This document shows positions 1-13,247 of a DNA stretch of 64,000 nucleotides, in pieces. Both the position numbers and the translations under genes were made by a program. The notes beneath the pieces were generated by a model that made no database searches, was not told the DNA's origin, and saw only the letters and a program-made list of their open reading frames with translations. The first letter of the stretch is position 1. Each line of letters opens with the position of its first letter. The stretch lies in contig CM102284.1 in the NCBI GenBank assembly GCA_046563655.1, positions 3,038,001 to 3,102,000 of the forward strand. The letters are read 5' to 3'. The stretch is from Yuukianura sp. NJ FZ-2021. Its lineage: Eukaryota.

Positions 1-3000
1 CCTCGAAATTTACATTTTATGGAATTTCTATTGATTTCGTTGAGTAGGTACATTTGACTTCTGTCTCTACCTTCGATTACCTTAAAAAACAGAGGTAAAA
101 ATTTTAACATTAAAAATTAACATTAGAGAAACAAGCATGAAAATTTACTTCATTCAAACTTTTCTCCACGCCATTCCGTGTTCGTCCAGAAAAAGTGACC
201 AAGTCATGCAACTGAATTTGGCGAAAGTGAGTTTCACTATTTTGCAGATCTTGAAAACAATGACGAAGGAATGGTTTCAAAATGACATGCGTATTGACAC
301 CACCGAATCCAAAACAATTGATACCAATGTCGCCGATGTTCCATGCGCGATTTTTATCCACAATCTAAAATATTTGAAATAATAATGATTATTAAAAGTG
401 ATCTCAATTAATTATTTTTGAATATTGTAACTATTAATTTTGTTAAATTGATCACTGAGTTACTTCAACTGTGCCATTCCTGACGTTTTTCATGTTGAAG
501 TGTGGACGACCGTAGTGGATGTTTCCAGGAATAATGCTATGTTGAATTATTCCAACTATTTTAGCAATAGAGCAGAGTCCAGAAGCTCCCTCGGCATGTC
601 CCATGTTGCTCTTCACACTCCCAATGAGCAATGGACTCGTACGCTCTCTGTTCAAAACAAAATGGCGACTGATGGCTTTGACCTCTTCAGGGTCACCAGC
701 AGGCGTTCCTGTTCCGTGAGCTTCCACATAGGTGACCTCTGCCGGGTCAACTCCGGCTTCTAGATACACTTCCTCCATTAACTTCTGTTGCATCGTAGCA
801 GAGGGGTTGAAAATGCCTTTGTCCTTGTACCCATCCGTGTTGCAACCAATCCCAACAATGGATGCATAAGCTTTCTTGGCATCACACTTTTTCTGCAAGT
901 AGATTGAAGCTACGGCTTCTGCTCGAACGTATCCAAGACCTGGAGAAAAAATCTTGACATTAGCGAAACGGGTTTGTTCCATTTATGGTGAAAATCCGAA
1001 CGAACTCGAACTAACAGTGACCATGACCTTGAATAGCTGCATGCAAATCATTTATAAAAATAAATCCAAAACAGTTCTTTTTGAATTCTTTTATTAGTTG
1101 AAGTTGTCGACCTGTCTAAAAATTTCGCTCTCCAGATCTATGTTATGTTGGTGCGACAATACTACGTTGAGCGCCACCGAAAAGAGTACACCCCTATTTT
1201 GATTTCCATAAAGACGAGTTGAAAATTATGTAAACATGAGGGGAAAGTTAGCTCAAACTTTGAAACTTCAGCTAACATATTTTTTGAAGGAATTTTTGCA
1301 AATTGCGTTATTTCGATCGCTTTTCCTCCACAGTTGCGAAATTAAACAAAGTACTGATTTTTGGGTGTACTCTTTTCACTGGCGCTCACGGTGCAATGAA
1401 CTCGTTGCTGGCAAAGAGAATGTACAAAACATTACGAGTGAACTTTGTATTACGCAATTACTTCGTAAAAACTTGCACTTTAGAGAAAGGAACAACTTAC
1501 CTAGGTTTATACCAAATACCAACAGAGATAAAGTCACCTAACCTAATAAGTGCTGAGCAAAGAATGCTTCATGATAGTACTAGACGGTTGACCGATAAAA
1601 ATCGTGTGAAAGTTTGCTCAAAGCTTAAAATATTTTTCAAATTTTTTCCTTTCTACGAAGTCTTACAACTGTGTAATTATTACGCTTATATGATGTAATA
1701 TGCGATGTTACAGTCATTGGCAACAATTTGGTCAGATGTAAGAGCCTTAGCGACAATTAGCAGCATTAGAATTGAAAATTCATGTGTTAGGTAGGGTTAT
1801 GTAAGGCAAGGTTAACCTAACCAAAAATTTATAATTGTTTTTGGTCCTCCAGGCTATTTATCAACACTTGTGATACCCAGAATGTGTGTTGAAATTATAT
1901 GCAAATTGTTTTGGTCGTTATTAAAAGCTAGGCTGTACACAGGGGGTGGCAAAAATGCCTTAGCGACCAAAACCGATTCTTGAGTTGTTTACAATTTCAC
2001 TCGAAGTGACGTCACTCCGAGTGAAAATACAGGTTCACCCGAGTTTTTAAGCTATTTTTAAGTTCGCGGCGAAAGTATTGAGACTAAAATGATGAAAATG
2101 TTGAACAGCACTGTAAATGAGTGAACTCGGAGTAAAGAAAATCCCATAGCAACTCGGTTTTGAAAAAACAATTTTAAGCGACCGTACCTTATAAGTATTC
2201 TATTTACCTTGGGCTGTAGATTGGTTTAAAATTAAATCAAATTGAGAGACGTCGTGTTTTCTTACTATATAAATTAAATTTATATTCAATTTTAACCCAT
2301 CTGTGACGTAATTTTACGAAGGTAAATGCAACTCCAATACGACACTTTTTATAAGTTACTCAACAAAAATCTCCATACAGGTTGCAGTTGATTACCTTAC
2401 CTGAAGTTACTCATCTGCATTCAATTGTAAAACTGAAATATAGGTAATCTAATCTGCAACATTCGTTGATTTATGAAGTTGTTCAGAACATCGCAGATTA
2501 GTATGATCTTGTTCATGCGATGATAGACATTAGAAACAGTTGAACTGCACGAGGAAATTATTATTATTATTGTTGTTTGTTTTTGTTATTTGTTCATTGC
2601 AGACTTGTTTTTAAAATTTTTGATTTCGTTAAACGTAACACTAAAGCCTACGTCGCGCTCTACATGTTTGCTGGATATCAATAACTAATGCTCGACACGT
2701 GCTGAAAAAAATGTAGCAATAAATCGATTTCGACGTCAGAATCTCCTGCTTTTAAGTACTCAGCACTCTGATTTTGTTTTTGTAAAAAAGTTTTTCACAA
2801 AACAAAAAAAAAAACAACGAGTATAATAAGAAAAACCTTTGAATGCTAATTTCATATTCTTGTAAAATCTATTTTTGCTGGAGTTTGAAAACATGGCAAA
2901 TACCGGTTGGGATGTTGAACAACACGATAACAACTCGTTACAAAACAAGCTCATTCAAACATTTTGAACAAAACATTGTTCGCAGCAACCGATGTATACG

Positions 3001-3890
3001 TCACCCACTACCAACCTGGAAAAGCGTACAAACTTTGTTCCGCAAAATCGGCAAAACGAGTAGTCACTCACTAGTATACAAAATACAAAGGAAAGAAAGT
3101 TTCCTTGCAAAATGCTATTAGCTAATAGACAACCCGCACTTGCTTAGATATCCGCAATACTTCCAACTACCATCGTTCTAGTATCTTACAGCAGTAATTT
3201 CAGTAGTTTAATCTTACCGTCAGGATCAAAGGTTTTGGTCACTGAATCCTTTGCTAGCATTCCAGCTTGATGACGCATGAGACTCTGAGTTGGGTTCAAA
3301 ATCAAACATGCCCCCATTACCACTGCAGCATCACACCTTCCCGTCTGAATCGCTGTAACGGCAGCATCCAAAGCAAAAATACTTGATGAACACGCCGTAT
3401 CGTAACTTGCACTCGGACCGTGGAAGTCAAAACAATACGAAATCCGATTCGGCAGCATCGTACCGAGTGACCCAATCAAGTTGGCTCCATCCATTTCCTC
3501 AGCAGAGCGACTCCAGAGGTCAAGAGCCTCGTGGGAAATGATTGCCGTGAATACGCCTGTGCGTGACCCGCGTTTTTCGACTGGATTAATCCCAGCATCG
3601 AATATGGCCTCATACGTCGTCTCTAGTCCAATTCTTAGTTGAGGATCCATTTGCTCCACTTGCTTAGGTAGAAAGCCAAAGAAGTCTCCATCGAACCTAT
3701 CAATTTCCTTGAGTGTGCCAAATCCCTTTGGAAGTCCATAGAGACCGGATTTGAAGCGACGATTATTCGAGGTCACGAGGTCACGGCTTTTAAGTAAGTT
3801 GGAAATAAATTCCTTAACGGAACTTGACTCGGGAAATCTACCCGATATGCCTGAAATTACTACTTCTGGAAGACGCTGCTTGTTTTCCAT
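1..3890 (-). CDS. FASN: Type I animal fatty-acid synthase / FAS-like PKS, 5' part (ketosynthase domain); continues beyond the window start
   Basis: Exons 3890-3218, 939-464, 364-149 and about 80-1, with GT-AG boundaries. KS motifs are GISGRFP, DPQLR, DTACSSS (catalytic Cys), EAHGTGT, KSNMGHAEGASG and NCFGFGG. Confidence 0.9.
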
Positions 3891-4157
3891 CCTGGAATGC
3901 TTAATGTACTAAACTGAACTGTAACAATTCAAAATTTCCATAAAGAATTGTGAAAACAGAGGAAGTATTTCAACTTTTCTTTTGAAATCTTGGCAGGGGT
4001 CAACTTATTGACTTCGAGGTCACCTTAAACATGCAACAGCAAACTGAACATGCAGGAAGTTCGGCAAAATATAGTAACATAGACAAACCTGTTTCTTCCT
4101 AACTGGTAATGAGGAGGAAGGAAGATGAAAAACAAAGTTGTAACGATAATTATTTTT

Positions 4158-7113
4158 TTAATTGTTTTGATTCAAGTTCAGCAAAATTTTACAATAATTC
4201 AGAATTTCAGTTTGAAATGATATGTTACGAATAGCTGCAATGAATTTATAGTACTTTGTCCTCAACTTTTTTTTCAATTTCGTGTTTCGTCTTTGCTCAA
4301 ATCCAAACTGAAAAATCGCCAGCAAAACGCCAACACAAAATATAATGAAGATTGCTACCAAATTTGTGTTAAAAGAGAGTGGAAACCATTTTTTTGAAAA
4401 CTGTTCATCCCTGTTCATCCTCTCCCATCGTTTTCGTAAAGCTTTCAAACTCAGCAATTGCTGCCAATAATTAAACAAACCGGAGAAGTAGAGCGAACCA
4501 ATTCTGCTTTGATACGATTCGGTTTCCCATACCCACGGGACATCTTCCCGCGAAATTTCAATTGTGTAAGGAGACGAAAAAAGCGTCTCGGTTCCAAAAT
4601 ACACAAAAGGATTCGTGAGGCGACTCGCCATTTCCTGCAATGCTCTTCCTTTATCAACGAAAATTCGATTCTCACATGGCTGGGATGCGTTGAAATCATG
4701 TTCGCCTAATGAATACGGGAAACCGTGGGGCAAGGTCAAAGCATTCCCGAGTCTGCGCGCCAGATCTCTCTCTTCAGCATTATTGGACAGATTCTCCGCC
4801 GCATCTAAATGGTATTTGAATTGTGCTGAGTGAAGATGTCGCGTGTAATTCTTTGTATGCTGAGGATGAACCAATTTGTCAAATATCGCCCATGATTTCG
4901 CTTCCAGTGGCATTCCTGGGACGATAGCGTAGTTTTTCTCAAGGGCATCTCTAAACGTGGTTATTCTGTCAGGTTTCAATGGCTCCGTTGCTGTTAACAC
5001 TGATTTGTAAGTATTCGTCAAAATCAACGCAAAAACAAAGTATGGAATCATTAAGGTGCCTATTACTTTCAAGCGCAAAAGCTTGTCTGAAATTTGTGTC
5101 ATTTCTAGCAACGGAGCCATCAGAATGAAAACAATTGGGTCATGCTTCAAATTTTTCTTCTTGAAAAATAATTCAAAAATCCCCGCCAACAAAACGCAGC
5201 TACAAGCAACACCAATCCAGAGTTCTGGCTTGAACGGACTAACATAGAAGAGAAATGAAATTTTTCGTTTGTGCTGGTCGTCGCAAGCAATAAACCCGAA
5301 GGGTTCTTGCTCCATTTGCAAAATGTACATTGGCCATTGCTTCCAATCTTTCCAATCTTTTTGCAAAAATGCGGCACTGTCAAACGTTAAGAATCCCCTG
5401 TCTTGTATAAATGGGAAATGTTTTGATTTTTCACGAAGTTGTATATAATGAGAAATAAACTGTGAGCCACAGATTCGATAGGAGAGTAAATCGTTTCGAT
5501 GGTAAAATGAACCAAAAGTTGATCCGGTATAGTTGTGAATGTACGAAATCAAAAGTTCCGCTATGGAAATTTTTCCTTGTGCTACTGTTGCACTCAGGCT
5601 TAGCAATTGACGGAGGTTTGCTGCTGATGACCTCATGAATCCGCAGTGCCCTTTGACGTTGTTGATTCTCCAATACCCCAAAGTTTTGTTTCTGATGAGA
5701 CTCATGTGCCTGTCGTGAATGACTTTGAGTGACCCCCAACCAGTCAATTTCGTTCGTGACATTTCTTGGCGACCCATCGTAGGATATTCCATATCTGGAA
5801 AAAAATATTCGGCTTGAAGCTGTTGCGTAGCACCGAGTTGAATGATGAGGAACGGAAGGCGGCCAATGCTCCATAGAACGTGTATTTTTTCGTTCCTAAG
5901 GAAACTAACTTGTGTCCAATTCCATGTCACATGAATAAGGTGGGTGTGCAAGGAGTAGTGGGTCCTTTCAAAGATGGAATCTGTTTTGGCATTTTCGCGT
6001 CCTGAGTCACAAAAATTGAAAGCGGAAAATTACGACGCTGGATTATTAATTTTTAAATGTATTCCGCGCTTGGAGTTGTGTTTCAATAAACATGCGATGA
6101 TAGCACAAATGGTTGATGTCGATCGTAATTATATTGCACGCTCTGGTCTAACCCATCACAACCATTCAACTCTCCTAGCGCGTGGTAACCTTGAGCATGC
6201 ATGGGAATTATTTTTGATTTTAAAAAACATGATTATTGTAAACCCCCAAGGTGTCTTGACAACAGAAAACTTTTTCTTTAAAGCCCAATTTGTAACCAGT
6301 TTTCCTAGGCAACGATTCCTATCGATATCCAACGATAGGAGAAGTTTGTCGTAGAGCGAAAATAAAATAAATTTTTTAAAGAATCTTATGATTTCATATG
6401 ACATTAAAAGTTCTACGACAAACATTTCCTAGCAAACGTTACCTGGGAAAACCGCGTATAAATTGGGCTTATAGGCAATACGCTAGGCTAGGCTAGGCTC
6501 GTGTGTCATTTTGTTTAGTTGCCTTGAGAAAAAGCCTGTTACAGAAAAAGTATTTGCATTGATCAACCCCTTTACAACGCTAAATTTCCCTAATTTAAAT
6601 TCGCGCTAGAATTTCCGTTTCAGCTCACCTCGTAATGAGGAATTCAATTTCCCGCTTAACGAGTAAAAGAAGTTGCTGCTGACCTGTTGCGTAGAGTAGA
6701 AGTTTGGCCTGAATCCATGGATGACGATTAGCCGCTAAGTGACGAATGGGAGTGCTGGCTTGGACAAAAGCACATCCCACAGAGATTAGAGCCAAGCAAC
6801 GCATTTTACTCAGATAGTGTGATCCGAAGTTTGGCGCCGGTCGATTGTACATTCCCAATGCCGGAAACTTTTCCGATACTGTGTAATTCTTGACCAGAAC
6901 CACTGGAATTTCCAACGGGAACTCAACACGTTTTGCTATGTGAATGTGATCCACCGAAATTACTTCAATCCAACATTTTTCAAAGACTTTCAATACTGGA
7001 GCAATGCATAACTCCTCCGGTTCTGATCCCATTGACTGAAAGACTAAAAAGTACAAAATTCCGACAAAAGGAAGAAATCTAAAACCAAACTTTTTGGGGC
7101 TAACCACACCCAT
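4158..7113 (-). CDS. Divergent ionotropic receptor (IR/iGluR-like) chemoreceptor, 763 aa, 2 exons
   Basis: Exons 7113-6629 and 5964-4158 join in frame (AG|G). There is a hydrophobic N-terminus, an SPF..ELW pre-M1 segment, an M3-like 'LILTNTYKSVLT..P...ITTF.D' segment and an M4-like 'PLS...LVAIFIIFCVGVLLAIFQFGFE' segment. Confidence 0.65.
6281..6470. mobile_element. Degenerate MITE-like element in the IR-gene intron
   Basis: Left arm AAGCCCAATTTGTAACCAGTTTTCCTAGGCAACG matches the reverse complement of the right arm, AAGCCCAATTTATACGCGGTTTTCCCAGGTAACG. Confidence 0.7.
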
Positions 7114-7833
7114 TTTTTTTATCGTCTAACTTGGCACAACCTTAATAAGACTTTGAACTTCTGTTTGAAGGTGGGAAAACATTTTCCTTGATTAATTTAT
7201 GTCATATGTTCGTGACGAGAAACGAAAATGAAAAGAATGCTAAAGTTAAAAATAATTTCTTAAAAATAATTCAAATTTCTTTTTAACTTTTATAAGAACA
7301 AGGTCACTGGCTTGTTCGTCTTAAATTTTTGTGTCCGTTTGGTCCTTGACCACCACTTCCAAGGTCAATCCGATTTCCATGAATCTTGCAAGCCAAAAAC
7401 TCAGAGTGCATTTTGAATTGAGTATCGCTGCTATTGTTTGAAGTGGATTTCAGAGAATTATGTCCTCAGCCTTCCATCAGCAGGAATCCGATGAACTTAA
7501 TAAACAAAAACTGATTGTTTACACAATTTAGCAGTCAACTAAACTGTAACTGTGATTTTCCACGTAAACAAATGAAAGAATAACTAGTGAGCAGGAAATT
7601 AGCGAATGCGTCATCTCTCATTTGACACTCTCCAAATACAATCTTATCACCATCAAAGCTTACTTCATTTTAGCCTATATTTTGCTGCATTCTTCAGATT
7701 TTAGTTCAATTTGCAACAAGCAGACCATCGAACTCAACAAACACAACTCCAGTGCGTGACTGCCAAAAGCCAAAAATCAAGTGCTTCTTTCTATAAACCT
7801 CGTTTAAATTTCACTAAATCTTTTTAATCCAAA

Positions 7834-8705
7834 ATGGACTTTCTGAGGAAGATTCCATTACAACGACGGGCCAAAGTGGCCGGCATAGTTGACATGGTTA
7901 GTATCCAATTTTTCAAAGTGCTAAAAAATGAGTGCTTTTTTCAGTGTTTCAAAATTTCAAGAAAAAACAGAAAATTGCAATTGATTTTGAATACAATTTC
8001 AGATTCTATCGACAGCTGGAATTACTGCTGCTAGTTATGATATTTCATTTCTTTTGGATCCACTCCACTATGACGAGACAGCAGAATACAAACGTAAGGT
8101 TTCTAGAAATGCTTTCTTGAGTTGTTAAAATTTAAAATAGCAAGTTCGAATTTTCACAAATTTTTCTGGTAAATTTTAGGAACAAATACGTTAATCAGCT
8201 TGTACATAACACTTGGAATCTCGATAATCAGATTTATAATGGGATTCATCCTGTGGATTGGAGCTGAAAAGGTAAATTAAAAATTTCGTAATAGTAAATT
8301 TAATTAGTTTAAGCGTGAGTTCCAGACTTTTCAATTACTTAAATGTTCGCTGAATAATTTATTAGTATTAGCCAGCGTTCTTTCGTTTCAAAAATTTTAA
8401 AACGCAATCTGCTTTTTTAAAGAAACTTTATAAACTTAAGTTTTTAATTTTGGATTTTGCTTCTCTTTTTTTAGAGAAACGATCGCCTTTGTACCCAGTG
8501 GCTGTACGCTAGCGTTCCATTATGGTGTTTTCATCTCCTCACATTCATTTTAGACATGTGCTTTGGAACTTTTGTTCTGGGGTCAACCATTGTCAGTGCA
8601 CTGACTACAGCCATTCGAGTCTTTGTCATGGTCAGTGTCTACAGATTCATCAAGGAAGTCCAGTCAGACGAACTTCTGCGCAGAAACTCCGAAAGTAGTG
8701 CATAA
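7834..8705 (+). CDS. Small tetraspan membrane protein (LAPTM/DUF4728-like), 158 aa, 4 exons
   Basis: Exons 7834-7896, 8003-8093, 8180-8271 and 8475-8705 are all GT-AG and in frame. There are four hydrophobic segments, a 'ILWIGAEKRNDRLCTQWL' segment and a C-terminal 'VYRFIKEV'. Confidence 0.75.
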
Positions 8706-8848
8706 ACACTTGCAATTAAACTTTTGTATTTCCAGTTTCTAACTTATCTTCTAAGCATATTTATCAACATGTAAACATACTATAAAACATATAAACATTA
8801 AAATAAATAAATAGCTATAATTTTGTACCGACAAAAAAATTCGAAAAC

Positions 8849-11325
8849 TCAGCTCTCATCAATTCTCGTGCCCCAATTTGGTCTCTCTTGAGCTTCATCA
8901 ATTCCAGTTACGTATTGTCGGCACGGTGCATTTTCTTCTGCGTCTGCGCTATAGTCGATTCGCAGGGTCTTATAGTCATGTGGAAGGAAACTCCAGAATG
9001 GTGTTCCAGAACCAATCAAAAGCGCGTCTTCAACTGTTTCTGGAAGGCTCTGGCCCAATGTCTCCGGCAAAAAAATTGTCGCCAACATACCCAATAATGA
9101 CAAAGCAGCAAACACGTAATATGGGAAGCAGATACGTGTTTTACCCTGTCACAAAAAAAACGCAACACTTCCTCAAAAGTTCATAGGTTGTTTTTTAATA
9201 GAAAATAGCACCTACCAGGTACAAAATGAGTGGCACTAGAACTGAGGTGAGTCCAATTGACGCAGACATGAGTCCAACGCCGTTTGAACGAAGCGTCGTT
9301 GGAAATAACTCTACCGCTTGAAGTGGAACTATGATAGAAGAAACTGCCATTGCACATCTGCAAATAAACAAAAACAAAAAATAAAATTGTCTTGCATTAT
9401 GAACCAAAACAAATGACATACTTTCACACAAAAAAAAACAACGAGAGTTTTTCAGTTTTGAAGAGCCAAAACAATGGCAATAACAAACTAATCCTTACTT
9501 TGCTAAAACTAGGGTAGGAATTAGAATAGCAGATACTCGATTCGCCAATGTCACGTAAGCTACACATGCAAATGCCACTGCGCCGACTCCAAACGCAAGC
9601 ACTTGGGTCCAGCGTCTTCCAGCATTGTCGGCCAGTAAGTAGCCAATCCAGCCTACGGGAATCTCAATGGCAGCAAGCACCAGGAAATTGTAGAACTGGT
9701 TGCCAGGGAGACTCGTTACTCCGTAGTTAATTCCATACAGGAGCATGTAGGTAATGGACGTAGTGAAACAGATTAGGACAGTGTTTTTGGTCAGACGCCA
9801 TTTTGAGAAGAGGTCGAGAAAGGCATGTCCTGATGGATTCATGTTTTTCTTCTGATCCAATTTCACTTTCATCTTCATCAGAATTCCTAGAAGGTCACAA
9901 GAATCAAAAATGAAATCTGTTTTGTTGGCTTTGGCCATTTTGAGCAAAACGTTTTCTGCTGCTGTCATTTCTCCTCGAATGAGTAGCCATCGTGGAGATT
10001 CCAACAGAAATCCAAAACTGAGAAAAGTGAAGAGGAGGGGCAATGGTGTCAGGAGTCCAAAGTTCAGCCAATGGCGTGTGACCATGGCCAGAATTGGCAA
10101 AATGCATAGTCCAAGCACCCTGTTATTGCAAGTCCAGGAGAAATTGAAATTGAAATTGAAAGTTCAAGTGTATGCACACTCTACAAAATTTTTTAATTAC
10201 CATGTAACGAACCGGCAGCTAGAAACCCACGAACGCATGTCTGAAAGAGATTCAAATAAAACAAATGATTTTTATTTAAATTAAATTCCAACTCAGATTA
10301 TTTTGGTTACTTTCATAATTTACCTTTACCGACAGACTCCATTGCAAGTGAAATGCTACAAAACATAATGGCTGGATATGCTGTGCCCATAACAAATTGC
10401 AAAACGAGGAAGAGATGGAAATGGCTTGTAACAAAGAGACTTGCAGTTTTGAAGAAAGTCATTATGAATGTTGCTGCAAAGAAAGTCGGTTTTCTCCCAA
10501 ACCTTCGAATAAAAATGGAATAAAAATGAAAATGGACTTACAATTTAAGCGAACGGACAGTAAAACTTGGGTTTTTTTGAAATAATGCAATTGAAAGCAT
10601 GTATTTTTTTTTTTTGTAAGAAATTCGGACCTGTCTCCAGCCCATCCAATGACAAGAGCGCCGGGACCCGATCCGAGGTTTGCGGATATAAGGGCCTTGG
10701 TAACGTAGTCTTCCTTGTTGCAAACCCAGTCCAAGTCCGTGGGAATAGTTGCGTCAAAATTGGTTTTGTCGTAATCCCACCCTGCGACGCATGGGATTTC
10801 CGCATGGTTCAAGGGTGACACATACATGAGACACTGGCTAAGTCTTTGACTTCCATCCGAACCAACTTCCCTGAAATCGAGATATATTTAACATTATCAT
10901 ACTATTGAGTAAGAAAATGTAGAAAAAATTTTTGAAATTATTTTAGTATACTTTATAGTATTTTGTTAACACTGAACTCTACATACTTTGGTATCCAGAT
11001 ATCTCTGGCAGCAGAGTCACTGATGGGCAAGTGACACCAATGGTCAGGTTCAGAGAAAAGGAAAATTGTGTTGCCATAGGCAACTGGCAGCAGGAAGAGG
11101 AAGGGACATAGGAATCCGTAGAGGAGCCACTTCTGGTATTTCCCATTTGACCCCACTAGTTCCAGTAGGTCATCGAACTCTTCCACGTCAACGCTACTCT
11201 CCGTCGCTACTCCCAAGTTCTTAGTGAAATTTAAAATACAAGCATTTAAAATATATTTTGTATTTTTTAGAATTGCTCCTTACGTCTTGGAATGTCTGAT
11301 AGTCGAATGCCTTGTTTTGAAACAT
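8849..11325 (-). CDS. SLC22 organic cation/carnitine transporter (MFS), multi-exon
   Basis: Motifs include 'FDDLLELVGSNGKYQ', 'PDHWC', 'CVAGWDYD..TIPTDLDWVC', 'ESPRWLL', 'ADNAGRR', 'ELFPTTLR' and 'LPETLGQSLPETVED'. The first coding exon 11325-11284 splices in frame to 11219. Confidence 0.92.
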
Positions 11326-12806
11326 TCCACTACAGTGGATATACTATAGTGGGTCACAGTCACGATAGACGATACCAAAATGAGTCTTTTGGCCATTCTC
11401 TGGGTTAAATCTCGATGGAAAACAAGTTTTGAAATGAAACAGAAGAAACAGGAAAATGACTAGAATGGATGCTGAGATTCGCTAAAGGAGGCAGGTTTAA
11501 ACATCGGACGCCAAACCGGTTTCATAGACAGACCGACAGCTACAAAGAGCCTTTACTTAACCTTTACTTAAGTTCTTGTATTTCCTATAAAACATAAACA
11601 TAACGTGCAACTGGAATTCGGAAGCGTTCTGGAATCGGCTGTCGGTAGGTGATTTAGCAACAACTGAATTAAATATGAAATAAAACAAATCACGCACTAA
11701 ATTCTTTTTAGTGTGAAATTCACCCACATGTTAAAAGAATGAGCAGTGTGGGAAGTGGGATAAAGTATGTGCAATGTGTACATCCTTGTCCTACCGCTCA
11801 TCTTTGTACATTGTAACATACTAGTAGGTATATGTTGGAGGAGGGTTCAAGGCCAAAACAGTTTAATCTTAAGATACAACTTGACAAAGTTGGTATTCAT
11901 AATTTGTCGGAAAACGTTTATCGTCGCCGCAACATAAAGCGCAAAGTGCCTGCGTTTATTAATTGAGGCTAATTCTTTTCAAAATTAGAAGAAAAGTATT
12001 TTTAAAATAAAATAACGCATTAGTATGGTGTCTTTAGTTGACGGGTTAAAAGAAGAGTATGAGTGACGCTGACTCTACAATTTGCAAAGGAAAATTTTAG
12101 AATAATTGATAAGATGAAGCACATAAGGAAGAATAAAACTAAGAAATTACTGATAAAGTATTCAAAGTGACATTTGAATTTTTGCAATACTAGTCTTAAC
12201 GCCTTCTCACACCCATAGTGTGATAATCTTGACAGATTTGTGCATGACTTCCTCCAGTTGCGCAGAACGTTGTACTATTTGAGTGATTTGCTGCTTATCG
12301 TTTAATTACGTCATTGCAAAAATGTTGCAAGAACTTACTATAAAATTGAAGGACAAATTTGATTTCTTATGGAGAGTTCATCTTTCAGTAAAAGACTTAA
12401 CAAGTAGTTGTTCATGCGCTGTCAAAAGCAGTAAGTTTTTTTTTAACTTTCTTTTTCATTGTTTATTTTTCCGTACTTTCAGATTTACTTTACTTACTTC
12501 TAAAAATGTAGCCTTTTGTTCAAACTAATTTTCCAATTCTTCATGTTTTGTTTGAAACAGGATTAACCTCTTGTTTTAAGCAAAGCGTTTAAAGCAGGAT
12601 GTTTAAAACGTCCGTTTAAAACAAGGAGACCCTGATTGTTATTAAGCGTACAAAAGTTCTTCGACTGATCGAGACCTTAGTTTAAATTTGTATTTGCAGT
12701 TAAATTTTGCATATTTCGGATATTTTCTAATGTCTTTCTTCAACTTTTTTTTTTTTTGATAGAATTGCTTCATGAATTGTGTTTTCTCTTTTATTAGAAT
12801 CTTGAA

Positions 12807-13247
12807 ATGCCTACGGAAGTTCTCATTCAAGAAGCCACTACTGCCCAACAAATTGCGCATTGTTGGCCAGCACTAACTGGACTTAATTATACCGTGCTTG
12901 AAAGCGAATTTGTTGATAGAGTGCAAAGGCAGCAGAGGGAGGATCATTACCGACTTTTCTACATTAAAGGACAAGGTGGCAATGTTGAAGCGGCCATGGG
13001 AATCAAAATTCAAAACTCACTTTTCACTGGGAGAACGCTGTACATTGATGACCTTTGTACTGTTGCTACTAGTCAACGGAAAGGCTATGGGGGTCAACTC
13101 TTGAAATTTGCTGACGATCTAGCTAAACTTGAAAATTGTGATACTATGACGCTTGATAGTGGCTACCATCGACACAACGCACATAGACTGTATTTGAACA
13201 ACGGATTTACTTTATTTAGCCACCATTTCTCCAAAACAATGAAATAA
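12807..13247 (+). CDS. GNAT-family N-acetyltransferase, coding region intronless, bacterial-like
   Basis: 146-aa single ORF with 'LYIDDL', acetyl-CoA motif A 'QRKGYG' and C-terminal 'LDSGYHRHNAHRLYLNNGF....HHF'. Confidence 0.88.
   Translation: MPTEVLIQEATTAQQIAHCWPALTGLNYTVLESEFVDRVQRQQREDHYRLFYIKGQGGNVEAAMGIKIQNSLFTGRTLYIDDLCTVATSQRKGYGGQLLKFADDLAKLENCDTMTLDSGYHRHNAHRLYLNNGFTLFSHHFSKTMK

Noticed and set aside
1236-3121. Short ORFs inside the FAS intron
   Set aside because: No recognisable domains or splice continuity. The sequence is AT-rich and intronic or TE-like.
12807-13247. Bacterial contamination of the contig
   Set aside because: It is a single gene flanked by intron-containing animal genes, has no operon neighbours, and carries eukaryotic splice and polyA signals.
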